This document shows positions 42,194 through 51,835 of a stretch of DNA of 64,000 nt, piece after piece; positions within the stretch are counted from its first letter, which is position 1; every line of letters starts with the position of its first letter. The notes under the pieces were generated by a model. It did no database searches. It was not told the DNA's origin and saw only the letters and a program-made list of their open reading frames with translations. Where the stretch lies: contig JAAUYS010000080.1 of NCBI GenBank assembly GCA_014804995.1, forward strand, positions 20,343-84,342, given 5' to 3'. The translations under genes were made by a program, and so were the position numbers. This DNA is from Clostridia bacterium (GTDB lineage: Bacteria; Bacillota; Clostridia; Christensenellales; Borkfalkiaceae).

Positions 42194-42889
42194 TTAAATC
42201 TCTGTTTCATCAGATGCAGTTTCAGCATTCGGAGCATCTTCTACAACTTCCGGAGCTTTCGTAGTAGTCTCTTCATCATCCTCAGCTACAGCAGAAGCGT
42301 CATATGGACGTTCAATAACCTGTGCATTAACACAAGCATAGATACGGCTCATAGAACCATCAGCATTCGGATAATCAACACCGGTATCTACCAACTCAAA
42401 GTGTACTTCACGATTAGCGGTATATTTGGTATAAGTCTTACCTGCTTTATCAGTCTTCTGAACACCGTAAGCATATCCAAGTTCAGCCAACTTATCCGGA
42501 GTAATAGCTTGAGCATCTTCCGTATTCTGCAAGAATTGAGAATAACAAGCGGCATAAGACAAGAACAATTTACGACCAACACCAGCTTCACCACCAACAG
42601 CAGCCAGTTTCATCATATCGTCCTGTGCAGTCTTAGATACCATGATGAAGAACTTCTTATTCAGATCACCCTCACATTGAGCACCAGTCAGAACCATAGC
42701 TTTCAGATAATCACCATGCTCAACACCCAACATACGAGTAGCAAGACCATTCAAAGACATCTTGTTAATAGAAATGTTAGCGATAAATTCCGGACGAATT
42801 TCATCAGAAACTTTAACATTCTTAGCAACAGTTGCAAAACGACCCTCGTTAATACCTGCTTTCAAAAAATCAAAATTCATTTTTTCCAT
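42194..42889 (-). CDS. hypothetical protein (231 aa), G+C-enriched; speculative ssDNA-binding protein
   Basis: Acidic C-terminal tail AEDDEETTT..ASDETEI. Lies next to the RecT-like gene. Iteron-like array upstream. Confidence 0.35.
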   Translation of the reverse strand: MEKMNFDFLKAGINEGRFATVAKNVKVSDEIRPEFIANISINKMSLNGLATRMLGVEHGDYLKAMVLTGAQCEGDLNKKFFIMVSKTAQDDMMKLAAVGGEAGVGRKLFLSYAACYSQFLQNTEDAQAITPDKLAELGYAYGVQKTDKAGKTYTKYTANREVHFELVDTGVDYPNADGSMSRIYACVNAQVIERPYDASAVAEDDEETTTKAPEVVEDAPNAETASDETEI

Positions 42890-42920
42890 GATACTTTATT
42901 TTTATTAGTTTATTTAGAAA

Positions 42921-43035
42921 TAAGATAGATATAAGTAAGATAGTGAAAAGAAACAATTGTAAGATAGTGCGTGTAAGAAAAAACTATTATAGTAAGATAG
43001 ATTCGAGATAAATTAAATGAATGTTTGTAAGATAG
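42921..43035 (-). promoter_or_regulatory. iteron-like array: five copies of (G)TAAGATAG (minus strand CTATCTTAC) in a 155-bp spacer
   Basis: Copies at 42921-28, 42935-43, 42959-67, 42992-43000 and 43027-35, all in the same orientation. A further ATAAGATAGAT lies at about 42163-42173. Confidence 0.6.
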
Positions 43036-43044
43036 TATATTAGC

Positions 43045-44079
43045 TTAATTTACAATTTCAGCTTCAACATATTGAGCATTAATCTCTTCGTCAGGTATAG
43101 TAGGAGCTTGACTAATTTCAAAATCACTATACATACCATTAAGTAAATCATTAGCACAAATACGAGCTGCAATCATGATTGCCATTTTTCTCATAAGAGA
43201 ACGAGTGTGTTTGTTCCAATTATCTTTACCTTTAACTTGTTGACCAGTAATGGAACTAACACCACTTTTAAGTTCAGCATCAATAGCTTCTTGTAAAGTA
43301 TAAGAAACAGTAGTCTTCTTTTCTTTTCTAATTAGAGTAACCGTAGTTCTATAAGTAGAAATAGATTTAGCAACTGGAACCATTCCTTTTTCTTTCATCA
43401 TTTTATCCACGTAAGCATCATTATAATCATTAACATCAATATGACGCTCTGGATTAAACTCTAGAATCTGAACTTTATTTTGAAGATTAAGGTAGTTATA
43501 AACTGGAACATAATCTTCATCAATAACAATATCAATACCGTGTTTATTAAGACATCCCTCAACAACATTGATACCAGTATAAACTTGTCTATTACCACCA
43601 GTCTCAAATACAAAAATGTTTTTAAGAGAAGCAGTAACAGAAAGACCTAAAGTCTTACCAAGTTCAACTTTTTGAATAGCGTCAAGATTAAGGTTTCTAC
43701 CATAAGCAAGAGAAGTCATAGGTGAAAGTCCTATTTCAGCACCGGTTAATAAACACGTAACCATATTATCAATGTTAATAACTTCGGTAACTTTTCCATC
43801 TATAGTTTTGTTCTCCGTAAATCTTGCACCTAAATCAGTATCTTTAAGACTCTCTGCAAAAGCTCTATAATCTTTAAGAACAGCAAGATTTCGTGTAATT
43901 ACATCTTTAGTAACTTGTTTAGTAGCAACAGCCTTAGTTTCTGCTTTAGTAGTAACATCAGTAGTTGCTTTACTTTCAACCTTAGCACTAATTTCTGTAA
44001 CTTCTGTTTCGCTCATTGGTGTATTTAGTTTGACATCATTTTCCATTGGCAAATATACATTAAGTTTTTGAATCACCAA
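43045..44079 (-). CDS. RecT-like single-strand annealing protein
   Basis: LLTGAEIGLSPMTSLAYG and the C-terminal WNKHTRSLMRKMAIMIAARICAN resemble the RecT family. Confidence 0.45.
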   Translation of the reverse strand: MVIQKLNVYLPMENDVKLNTPMSETEVTEISAKVESKATTDVTTKAETKAVATKQVTKDVITRNLAVLKDYRAFAESLKDTDLGARFTENKTIDGKVTEVINIDNMVTCLLTGAEIGLSPMTSLAYGRNLNLDAIQKVELGKTLGLSVTASLKNIFVFETGGNRQVYTGINVVEGCLNKHGIDIVIDEDYVPVYNYLNLQNKVQILEFNPERHIDVNDYNDAYVDKMMKEKGMVPVAKSISTYRTTVTLIRKEKKTTVSYTLQEAIDAELKSGVSSITGQQVKGKDNWNKHTRSLMRKMAIMIAARICANDLLNGMYSDFEISQAPTIPDEEINAQYVEAEIVN

Positions 44080-44106
44080 AAATATTATTAGAAAAAATTA
44101 TTAATC

Positions 44107-45600
44107 TTAGAATTTAACATCAGCAAGAGAATTAACCCAAACAATATCACACTTAGCACTCTCTTGACTATTGATTAACTTTTCTTTCTCTTTAGAAGTC
44201 TTGTATTCATCTGAATCCAGTACGAAATCTTGCATATAAAGCCATATTATTACTGATACCTTATTTATATATGGAGACTGGTTTTTGTTGTCTCCTACCG
44301 TATAAAATGGCTTACAATATGGAGCTGTGCATACTATTAGATTCAATCCTGCAATATCAAAGTCAGAATGAGCAACTTCATTAGTAGCAATAACCTTACA
44401 TCTATCACCAGTAAAGTTTTTAATACATTCTTTTTTAATACCTATAGGACCAAATAGTTTAGGGTCACCTTTCTTAGCACCAGAACCATACTTATAAGGA
44501 ACACCATTCTCATCATAGCACATACGAGAGTTCATGTTCTTATAATAACACATACATTCAGGAATAGTTTCTATATAGTCTGCAATATTTGTATCTTGAT
44601 TAAGAACAATAGCTTTTGTATTAAGATGCTCAACTATATAATCTATAGCCGCTCTTTTACTTTTATTGTTACTATACAGAGCTTGTCTTTTAGCTACAGC
44701 TTCAATAAAACTTTCAGCACGAGCTTTAATATTATCGGGCTTCCAATACATATCTAATTGTTTATTATAATCATTAGATAAATCTAGATCTTCTTTCCAA
44801 CCCATTATATTAGCTAACATATTACGAACTAATTCACTATGTATATGTTCTGCTTTATCAGTAAGATTATTAACCCAATTTAGACCTCTAGCACAAGCAG
44901 TAATCAATGCAAAATCATCTGCAATTAAATCTGTTGAGCACTTAGTAAGTTTTTTAAAATCATGGTTAATCATCTTAGTCTTACCTTTAAATATACTTAT
45001 AGTATTTGTAATATTTTCAGTAAGACTTCTATAAACATTTTTCTCTTCAGAAGTAAACTCAAGACCTACATTATAAATAACTGTAGGAGAAATCCAACCA
45101 TTATCTAGAGCTTCTTGTTTAGTAATAACGTCAATGATTGGAAATGCTAACTTAGCAAATCTTTCTTTAGAAATAGGTGTTATACTTTTACTAGTTATAC
45201 CAAGCAATCTATCACATTTAGTTTTAGACCAAGCTGTAACAAATTGCTTATTTGTGTAATAACTATTATTAGTAACATCTATTATAATAAGACAAGAACA
45301 ACTGATACCATTAAACTTTTTATGTAAATCAATATAATCTTGAATATATAAAACTTTAATCTTACCTTGACCAGTTGTGACTTTACGTATAGTATCCTTT
45401 AAGGCTAAATTAGGAACAACAATAATAGTAAAAGGTTCTTGTATTGTAACGTCATTATGCTCTATAACACTACTCAATATAGTAGGAAGATTCATTCTTT
45501 CAGTATATTGAAATATACCTTTATAACCTATTTGTTGCCATTTTTTAATGCCCTCATAGATACGTCTATATCTACTTGCAATATCGTATTCTTTTTCCAT
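44107..45600 (-). CDS. SF2 helicase-like protein with no obvious Walker A
   Basis: FTIIVVPNLALKDT, CLIIIDV and LLGITSK fall in helicase motif Ia/II/III-like order. I found no GxGK[ST]. Confidence 0.3.
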   Translation of the reverse strand: MEKEYDIASRYRRIYEGIKKWQQIGYKGIFQYTERMNLPTILSSVIEHNDVTIQEPFTIIVVPNLALKDTIRKVTTGQGKIKVLYIQDYIDLHKKFNGISCSCLIIIDVTNNSYYTNKQFVTAWSKTKCDRLLGITSKSITPISKERFAKLAFPIIDVITKQEALDNGWISPTVIYNVGLEFTSEEKNVYRSLTENITNTISIFKGKTKMINHDFKKLTKCSTDLIADDFALITACARGLNWVNNLTDKAEHIHSELVRNMLANIMGWKEDLDLSNDYNKQLDMYWKPDNIKARAESFIEAVAKRQALYSNNKSKRAAIDYIVEHLNTKAIVLNQDTNIADYIETIPECMCYYKNMNSRMCYDENGVPYKYGSGAKKGDPKLFGPIGIKKECIKNFTGDRCKVIATNEVAHSDFDIAGLNLIVCTAPYCKPFYTVGDNKNQSPYINKVSVIIWLYMQDFVLDSDEYKTSKEKEKLINSQESAKCDIVWVNSLADVKF

Positions 45601-45862
45601 TTCTTTTTATAGGTTTATATGAAATATTAGACTTAACATCATGTACAACCAATCCTTCAAAATATTTAGGACTATCGTTTGTACAAAATGACCTAGCTAT
45701 TTTATAAGTATCATTCTTATAAGGAATACAAATATATTTAAATGTTTTATAAATCATATTATATTCCTCAGTTTTAATTATTCTTATAGCTTCTTCAAGA
45801 GCTTTAGAATAACTACGTTTAAGCTCATAGTTATCAATAACTATTGTATCATTAGTTGACAT
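45572..45862 (-). CDS. hypothetical protein (96 aa)
   Basis: Same-strand ORF overlapping both neighbours. Confidence 0.5.
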   Translation of the reverse strand: MSTNDTIVIDNYELKRSYSKALEEAIRIIKTEEYNMIYKTFKYICIPYKNDTYKIARSFCTNDSPKYFEGLVVHDVKSNISYKPIKRNGKRIRYCK

Positions 45863-46190
45863 CTTTAAACTTTATATTTTCAAAATTAATTCTAGCAGAA
45901 TGTTCTAATTCAGTACGATTATAAATATCATATACGTAATCAATTAGAAGTTCATAAGTTCTATATGCTGGATCACCAAGCATACGAAGTAAGTCAAATA
46001 TAATATGATTAAGCATATCTTTATCTTTATATTCAACTATCTTCTTTTCATTAAAAGGATATGTTATAAAGAAATCGTTAAAGGCTTCTTCAATATAATG
46101 AATAGCTACATTCTTAGTAGCATGAATCCTATCAACATAAAATTTCTTTAGTATCTCTTCTCTCATTAGTCGTGCCATATCACCAACCAA
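45852..46190 (-). CDS. hypothetical protein (112 aa)
   Basis: Same-strand ORF overlapping the polymerase stop by 11 nt. Confidence 0.5.
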   Translation of the reverse strand: MVGDMARLMREEILKKFYVDRIHATKNVAIHYIEEAFNDFFITYPFNEKKIVEYKDKDMLNHIIFDLLRMLGDPAYRTYELLIDYVYDIYNRTELEHSARINFENIKFKDVN

Positions 46191-48498
46191 ATAGATTATT
46201 ACTATTATTATTAATTCCTAGCTTAGCACCTTTACCTGTCTTACCATTACCATATAAAACTTTATTAGCTTCATTTATATAAAACCCAAAGTTTATATTG
46301 TAATCATCTTTAAGTTCATAATCATTAAAAACCATAACCTTTTCACCAGCAACAAGAGACGTTTCTTCAAACATAGGATATTTACTCAAATCATCACCAT
46401 ATTGAAATTCATCGCTTCTTTCTATAACAGCTTTAACAACAGAACCTCCTCCACTATTACAGATATAAAATCTATTATGCTTTTGGAGTTTTAAAGCAAC
46501 AGGTTTACCATCTTGAATTGTTCTATATACAGTAGTATATTTATGATTTACCTTTTGACTAAAACAATAATCATAAATAGCTTTAGGATTACTATGTATA
46601 TAGCTATGTATAAATTCAGAAATATCTGTATTATACAAGAGATAATTCTTAAGAGCTATTTTAACAACAGGATATTCAAAACCTTTATTGTATTCAACTT
46701 CTTGTAGAAAATCTCCTTTATATTTAATAAACTCAGCTTCTATTTTATCTAATGTAGTACATTCTTTACCTTTCTTAGTAACATATCTACCACATCTATT
46801 CCATTCTTGAACAGCATCATAAAATCCATATCCGACAGCTATATAACTATTTACGGCACTTCTACAATACTTTTCAAAAACTTCAGTTTCTAGAGTAAGT
46901 TTACTATATTCTTCCCAATCCTTTGTAATACTATTAAACTCATCTAGTCTAGCAAAAGGTCTTCTAATTAACAAACCATCTGTATTAGCAGATAATACAT
47001 CAAAACCTGCAAGCTCAAAACGTTCAATAAGATTACAAAGAAGTAATTGCAAATTAATAGTAACAGTAAAGGTACATTCAGGATCATATAGATAATCCAT
47101 AGCATCCTTTAAAGCACCATATATTCTATTAATAACAATCTTAAGACCATTAGCTTTATGTTTCTGTCCTGTGTGTTTAGCTTCCAATCGAGTTTCAGTA
47201 AGCCACTTTACAATACCAAGAAATATACTAGGTACAAGATGATGAGGACAAACAGCATAATTAATAATAAAACTGGGATACATTGAATTCACATCAGGAT
47301 CAGCAAGAGCTTCACCAGGATTAGCCCAAATAATCTTAGGATCATCTTTACTATGTAAACCACCAGTAGCTAATGTATATCCTTTATCATTAGAAATAAA
47401 TTCAATATTTTGAAAACTCTTCTTCCAAGTTCTAACTTTAATATAAGGAGTAATCTTTTCTTCTTTAATCTCTGACCTCTTAGGTGTACCAAGACCTATA
47501 CGTATAGAATGTTTATGTAATTCATCAAGTATAGTTTGATAAAAAGGAGTTTGAAATTTAATATTACTCTTTATAATTTTATGAATAGGTACTGAACTTC
47601 TTTCAGTTCTTAAATCAATAAACTCATGAGGTTGAAGACCACTCTTTTCAGAATAGAACTTAGTCATAAGACTTTTACCAATAGAACTTCTAGACATATT
47701 ACGCAGGTCTATATTGAATAAGTCAGACAACTCTGCTCTTAAATCAAGTTCAGCTTGTTGATTCTTAACTAAACAATCAGTACCTAGAACATCATTCATA
47801 TTATAGTCAAGAACATTTTCAATATCTTTAGGTCTAATAAGATGACTATAATGAATAGGCAGATCTTGAATCCTATACCATTTAAGAACAATCATAACAG
47901 CTTTAAGAGCAGTTTTAGATTTATCTAGATATAGAATCTTTTGAATATCGAAATCAGTAAAAGGTCTATAATATCTACGACCTTTATAAAAATCAAGCAT
48001 CTTTCGATATATCCAACCATCAGTTTCAGCAATACACTTTTGTGAATGTTCATACATAAACTCAGTAATATGCTTCTTATTACCATTAGCATCTATTCTT
48101 AATCCAGTACGAGGATCAAAACTAGGAGCATAATGAATAAATATATCAAGCATAGTCATATCATAGTTATAACTATTATAACCAATAAGAGTTTTATGTA
48201 CTTTAAAGAATTGTAATATTTGAGTGATACCTGCTGAATAGTTCTTACTATCATCATACATAGGAAAAGGTGTAGCAGGATTAGTATCATTACTAACATA
48301 TCTATATATATAAAATGTTTTAGCACCAATAGCTTTTAGAATATCTTGCTTAGCTTCTTTATTTTTAGCTAAATCCATTTTAATATATATATCTATAACA
48401 TCTTGTGGAGTTTTATAAGGAATAGCACTAAGACTAAAGAAATTCCTATATATCTCCAAGTCATAAATATACGTTTCCATAACTAGAAGTTTACCCAC
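46180..48498 (-). CDS. polB: family B DNA polymerase
   Basis: Exo I YDLEIY, Exo II YNSYNYDMTMLD, Exo III DYNMNDVLGTD, Pol A DVNSMYPSFII, Pol B KIVINRIYGAL, Pol C SANTDGLLI. Confidence 0.85.
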   Translation of the reverse strand: MGKLLVMETYIYDLEIYRNFFSLSAIPYKTPQDVIDIYIKMDLAKNKEAKQDILKAIGAKTFYIYRYVSNDTNPATPFPMYDDSKNYSAGITQILQFFKVHKTLIGYNSYNYDMTMLDIFIHYAPSFDPRTGLRIDANGNKKHITEFMYEHSQKCIAETDGWIYRKMLDFYKGRRYYRPFTDFDIQKILYLDKSKTALKAVMIVLKWYRIQDLPIHYSHLIRPKDIENVLDYNMNDVLGTDCLVKNQQAELDLRAELSDLFNIDLRNMSRSSIGKSLMTKFYSEKSGLQPHEFIDLRTERSSVPIHKIIKSNIKFQTPFYQTILDELHKHSIRIGLGTPKRSEIKEEKITPYIKVRTWKKSFQNIEFISNDKGYTLATGGLHSKDDPKIIWANPGEALADPDVNSMYPSFIINYAVCPHHLVPSIFLGIVKWLTETRLEAKHTGQKHKANGLKIVINRIYGALKDAMDYLYDPECTFTVTINLQLLLCNLIERFELAGFDVLSANTDGLLIRRPFARLDEFNSITKDWEEYSKLTLETEVFEKYCRSAVNSYIAVGYGFYDAVQEWNRCGRYVTKKGKECTTLDKIEAEFIKYKGDFLQEVEYNKGFEYPVVKIALKNYLLYNTDISEFIHSYIHSNPKAIYDYCFSQKVNHKYTTVYRTIQDGKPVALKLQKHNRFYICNSGGGSVVKAVIERSDEFQYGDDLSKYPMFEETSLVAGEKVMVFNDYELKDDYNINFGFYINEANKVLYGNGKTGKGAKLGINNNSNNLFGW

Positions 48499-49061
48499 TT
48501 ATTAATAAACTTACGATAAGCATCTATAGCAATATCATAAGCTCTATCTAAAAAAGAATAATCATTTTGAACTTTCATATATTCAAGACTAGCAGTTCTA
48601 ATAAGAATCTTATTATTAGGTAATAATTCAATACCCTCCATACCTTTAGCTTCACTACCTTTAATTATAAAATAAGGATTCTTACCATATACTATAAACA
48701 TACTAGGATTAATTCTTTCAATCTCACGTTTAAGTCTAGGAAAGCAAGAGCTTATATGATTAGACTTAACTTGAGAATTAACACCACATTTAACAATACT
48801 AGTGAAATACGATAAATTAAGAAGACCTTTATCATTTAAGATACGTCTAACTAATTTACCAGTATTACCACTAAGTATTATTTTACTTCTACAATCAGCA
48901 GGACTAGGAGCAGTAACTAAGTGCATTATAGTACCGCTCCTGTCCACACCATTTCCCCTACTGGGGGTCATTGAGTTCCTAATACATAACTCACAAGCAT
49001 CACAATAATCAAGTGTTTCATCTTTAGGAAGCTCACCTAACAACTTATTAAACCTCCCCAC
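48483..49061 (-). CDS. uracil-DNA glycosylase superfamily (family 4-like) protein with degenerate motif A
   Basis: CDACELC..GNG..IMHLVTAPSPAD..GNTGKLVRRIL..YFTSIVKCG follows the family-4 UDG layout, but GE(A/G)PG reads VTAPS. Repeat f lies inside (TPSRGNGVDRSGT). Confidence 0.5.
   Translation of the reverse strand: MGRFNKLLGELPKDETLDYCDACELCIRNSMTPSRGNGVDRSGTIMHLVTAPSPADCRSKIILSGNTGKLVRRILNDKGLLNLSYFTSIVKCGVNSQVKSNHISSCFPRLKREIERINPSMFIVYGKNPYFIIKGSEAKGMEGIELLPNNKILIRTASLEYMKVQNDYSFLDRAYDIAIDAYRKFINKWVNF
48930..48976 (+). repeat. GC-rich dispersed repeat, copy f (antisense inside the UDG-like gene)
   Basis: AGTACCGCTCCTGTCCACACCATTTCCCCTACTGGGGGTCATTGAGTT. Confidence 0.85.
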
Positions 49062-49353
49062 AATAATCTCTAAATTCGTCAGGTAATTCTAAAAAACGAT
49101 AACCGTCACTAGCAGGAATAAAAAGATTAGTATCTAAAATATTAACATGAAATCCTTTTGTTAAATCATCATATTGATTAGATTCAATGTTAGTTAATTG
49201 TTTGTATTGTTGAAAGTTCATAGGCTCATACAAACACATACTTTCACCATTAAGAAAACATTCTTTTACTTGAACTAATGCCATAACACTTAAATTAATT
49301 ATTAAACACTTTGCAATCCCCAGTAGAGGAATAGATGTGGACATGAGCGACAT
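49048..49353 (-). CDS. hypothetical protein; the first 23 codons are repeat g (alternative start ATG 49284)
   Basis: MSLMSTSIPLLGIAKC is encoded by the repeat. MALVQVKE at 49284 is the likely true start. Confidence 0.45.
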   Translation of the reverse strand: MSLMSTSIPLLGIAKCLIINLSVMALVQVKECFLNGESMCLYEPMNFQQYKQLTNIESNQYDDLTKGFHVNILDTNLFIPASDGYRFLELPDEFRDYCGEV

Positions 49354-49354
49354 T
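49301..49354 (-). repeat. GC-rich dispersed repeat, copy g (at the junction of 49353..49685 and 49048..49353)
   Basis: Reverse complement: AATGTCGCTCATGTCCACATCTATTCCTCTACTGGGGATTGCAAAGTGTTTAAT. The upstream TAA overlaps its ATG. Confidence 0.85.
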
Positions 49355-49685
49355 AAGCGGAAACATCTGCAAATACACTATTACCATTCTTATATTTAAG
49401 AGTAGAACAATTAACAGCATTCATCTTAATACCTAATCCAGCACATTTAGCTTTAATGAAATCCATACTACCAAGATTATCAACATTTAAACCACTAGCA
49501 AATAGATGATGTTCTAAAACTTCAATTTCACTCATAGAACATTCTTTTGCTACATAAGTAATAGGTATCATCCAACGACCATTGATTATAGTCTGACCAC
49601 TACCCATACCACAAGGCATATTCCAACATTCTCTTAATACATAAATTTCATCAATATTCTCAATTTGATCTTTGTCAACTAGCAT
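49353..49685 (-). CDS. hypothetical protein (about 110 aa)
   Basis: Start placed at ATG 49685 (MLVDKDQ), overlapping the upstream stop by 11 nt. The ORF-track start is 49766. Confidence 0.5.
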   Translation of the reverse strand: MLVDKDQIENIDEIYVLRECWNMPCGMGSGQTIINGRWMIPITYVAKECSMSEIEVLEHHLFASGLNVDNLGSMDFIKAKCAGLGIKMNAVNCSTLKYKNGNSVFADVSA

Positions 49686-50028
49686 TTTTAGATTTATTAA
49701 TTGCATCAGCAAATACTTCATCAAATTCTTTTTTGTGCATAGCAATAACACATCCTCTAACATCAATAGTAAGAATACTTTTAGGAACTAAAACATATCC
49801 TTGCAAGCTATGATCTTCATCTATAGATAAAATATATACTTTATCAGTACCTGCTTTTTCTTCACATTCTTTACAAGGATGTGTTCCAAGTATTTGTCTA
49901 GGAGCTTCAGCATCTCCTTTTAGTTTACCAAGTAAAGCTACTCCAGTAGTTTCGCCACAAATAGGACATATCATCATACTAGGATTAACTCCATGTTTTT
50001 TGCTTAAAATAATATCATCTTTAGCCAT
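49675..50028 (-). CDS. small zinc-ribbon protein
   Basis: Two CxxC pairs: CPICGE and CKECEE. Confidence 0.5.
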   Translation of the reverse strand: MAKDDIILSKKHGVNPSMMICPICGETTGVALLGKLKGDAEAPRQILGTHPCKECEEKAGTDKVYILSIDEDHSLQGYVLVPKSILTIDVRGCVIAMHKKEFDEVFADAINKSKNAS

Positions 50029-50030
50029 AA

Positions 50031-51497
50031 TTATAGTTTTAAATAAGCATGTTTACTAGCTCTAGACATAGCTACATAAAGCAATCTAAGAGCTTCTCTT
50101 GGTTCTCTTCTAACACGAGTATTATATTTAGTACGAGCATAAATAATGTCATCTAAATCAATACACACATTTTGAAAAGTAGAACCTTGACTTTTATGAG
50201 CAGTCAATCCATACCCATAGTCTATATCTTTACCAACAATTCTATTCTTATTATCGGGAGATAATCTAAAGTCTGTCATCATAAGATGAACATCTTTAAA
50301 TCTAAAATATCTAAACCATCTAGTTCTTTCAGTACCATTCAGAGCTTTATAGTGAATAGCATTGATAAGTCTAGCAAAGATAGACATATTATCATCATCC
50401 CAAAAATCAACAATCTTAAACATAGGAGTTACTTTACCATCAAATGCAGAACGAAGCGTTACACAATAACAAGCTAATTTATTATCGGCTACATAATACC
50501 TCATATTCTCTACAATATAATCTTCACTATTTACAATAATAGGAGATTTAAATTCATCAAACACAGTACGATATGCAGTAAACATATCATCTTTGGTAAT
50601 CATAGTTGTAGGATTGTTCAATACATTTGTTCTAATAAAAGTATTCCAATAACGAACACATTCATTAGTATAGGCTATACAACGAACATAGTTAATATCA
50701 TTACTAAATTCTTGGGAACTAAAAATCTCAACAACTTTGTTACTGAAATCAACTTTATTCATTATAGTAAATCCCTCTCCTCTGTCATTACACTCACCTC
50801 TATTTTCTAGAATATATTGATAAAAGTTTGTTGTACCATTAACAAGATCTGAACGGATAATACCAAATAGTTCAAGCAATGGATTACCTTTTTCCTGTCG
50901 TACAATTTGAGTTAATCGAAAATGTTTATCAGTATTTGTAAAAGCAGGGCTAATTCTATTCTTATCTGCTTGTTTTTCTTTAGTAGATTTAACAACATAA
51001 GGAATCTGTAGTTCATCACCTAAGAAAAGTATTTTAACCTTAAATTGATTAGCAGTTTTAATAAGAAGTTGAAATAAACCAGGATTAACCATAGAACATT
51101 CATCTACGATAATAAGTTTATATTCCTTCATCTTTTGATCACCAATAACCTTAAATGAAGGATTTTCAATATCATAATCTTCTACATCAACATCAGGTCT
51201 TAAGCCACAAAGAGATTGAATAGTCATACCTTTTTTACCAGAACTATTCTCAAGAACTCGAAGAGCTTTATGAGTAGGAGCTGTAACACAAACACCATTT
51301 GTTATAAGATATTTAACCAAATGACGCATAATAAAAGTCTTACCTGTTCCAGCATAACCAGAAAGAGTAAAACTAATGTCTCTGCTTTGCCACCACTTCC
51401 ATATCTCATTAATAGCATCTTCTTGTTGTTCTTTAAAATAATCAACATTGATACGACTAGCTTTTTTTAAAATTGCATCAACGTTATATTCACTCAT
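50031..51497 (-). CDS. SF1 DNA helicase (RecD/Dda-like)
   Basis: Walker A GYAGTGKTF, Walker B LIIVDECSMV, and TAHKSQGSTF near the C-terminus. Confidence 0.8.
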   Translation of the reverse strand: MSEYNVDAILKKASRINVDYFKEQQEDAINEIWKWWQSRDISFTLSGYAGTGKTFIMRHLVKYLITNGVCVTAPTHKALRVLENSSGKKGMTIQSLCGLRPDVDVEDYDIENPSFKVIGDQKMKEYKLIIVDECSMVNPGLFQLLIKTANQFKVKILFLGDELQIPYVVKSTKEKQADKNRISPAFTNTDKHFRLTQIVRQEKGNPLLELFGIIRSDLVNGTTNFYQYILENRGECNDRGEGFTIMNKVDFSNKVVEIFSSQEFSNDINYVRCIAYTNECVRYWNTFIRTNVLNNPTTMITKDDMFTAYRTVFDEFKSPIIVNSEDYIVENMRYYVADNKLACYCVTLRSAFDGKVTPMFKIVDFWDDDNMSIFARLINAIHYKALNGTERTRWFRYFRFKDVHLMMTDFRLSPDNKNRIVGKDIDYGYGLTAHKSQGSTFQNVCIDLDDIIYARTKYNTRVRREPREALRLLYVAMSRASKHAYLKL

Positions 51498-51498
51498 A

Positions 51499-51834
51499 TT
51501 AAAATGGTTTTGTTAGATATTGGAAAGCAAGTTCGATACAACGATAATAACGAACCATACAATCGGTAGCAGGTTCAGTGATAAGTGTAGCCACACAATA
51601 TTGTCTTTCGTTGATTTTCTTGACGACCATTCCACCATTAGGTACAATACAAATAGAGCAATTATGTACAACATCGAGATAAGTAAGAACCATTCCCAGC
51701 TGTGAACGCCAAGATAAACTAGTAGCAAACTCATGAAAGTTACCAGTACCATTTGTAATACGGAGTATAAACTGTTGAAAACTAATATTAATTTGTTCAT
51801 ACGGTTTTACTAATTCAATTAAAGATAGATTCAT
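51499..51834 (-). CDS. hypothetical protein (111 aa)
   Basis: Starts 2 nt after the upstream stop. The alternative-frame ORF 51513..51800 is judged spurious. Confidence 0.5.
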   Translation of the reverse strand: MNLSLIELVKPYEQINISFQQFILRITNGTGNFHEFATSLSWRSQLGMVLTYLDVVHNCSICIVPNGGMVVKKINERQYCVATLITEPATDCMVRYYRCIELAFQYLTKPF

Positions 51835-51835
51835 G

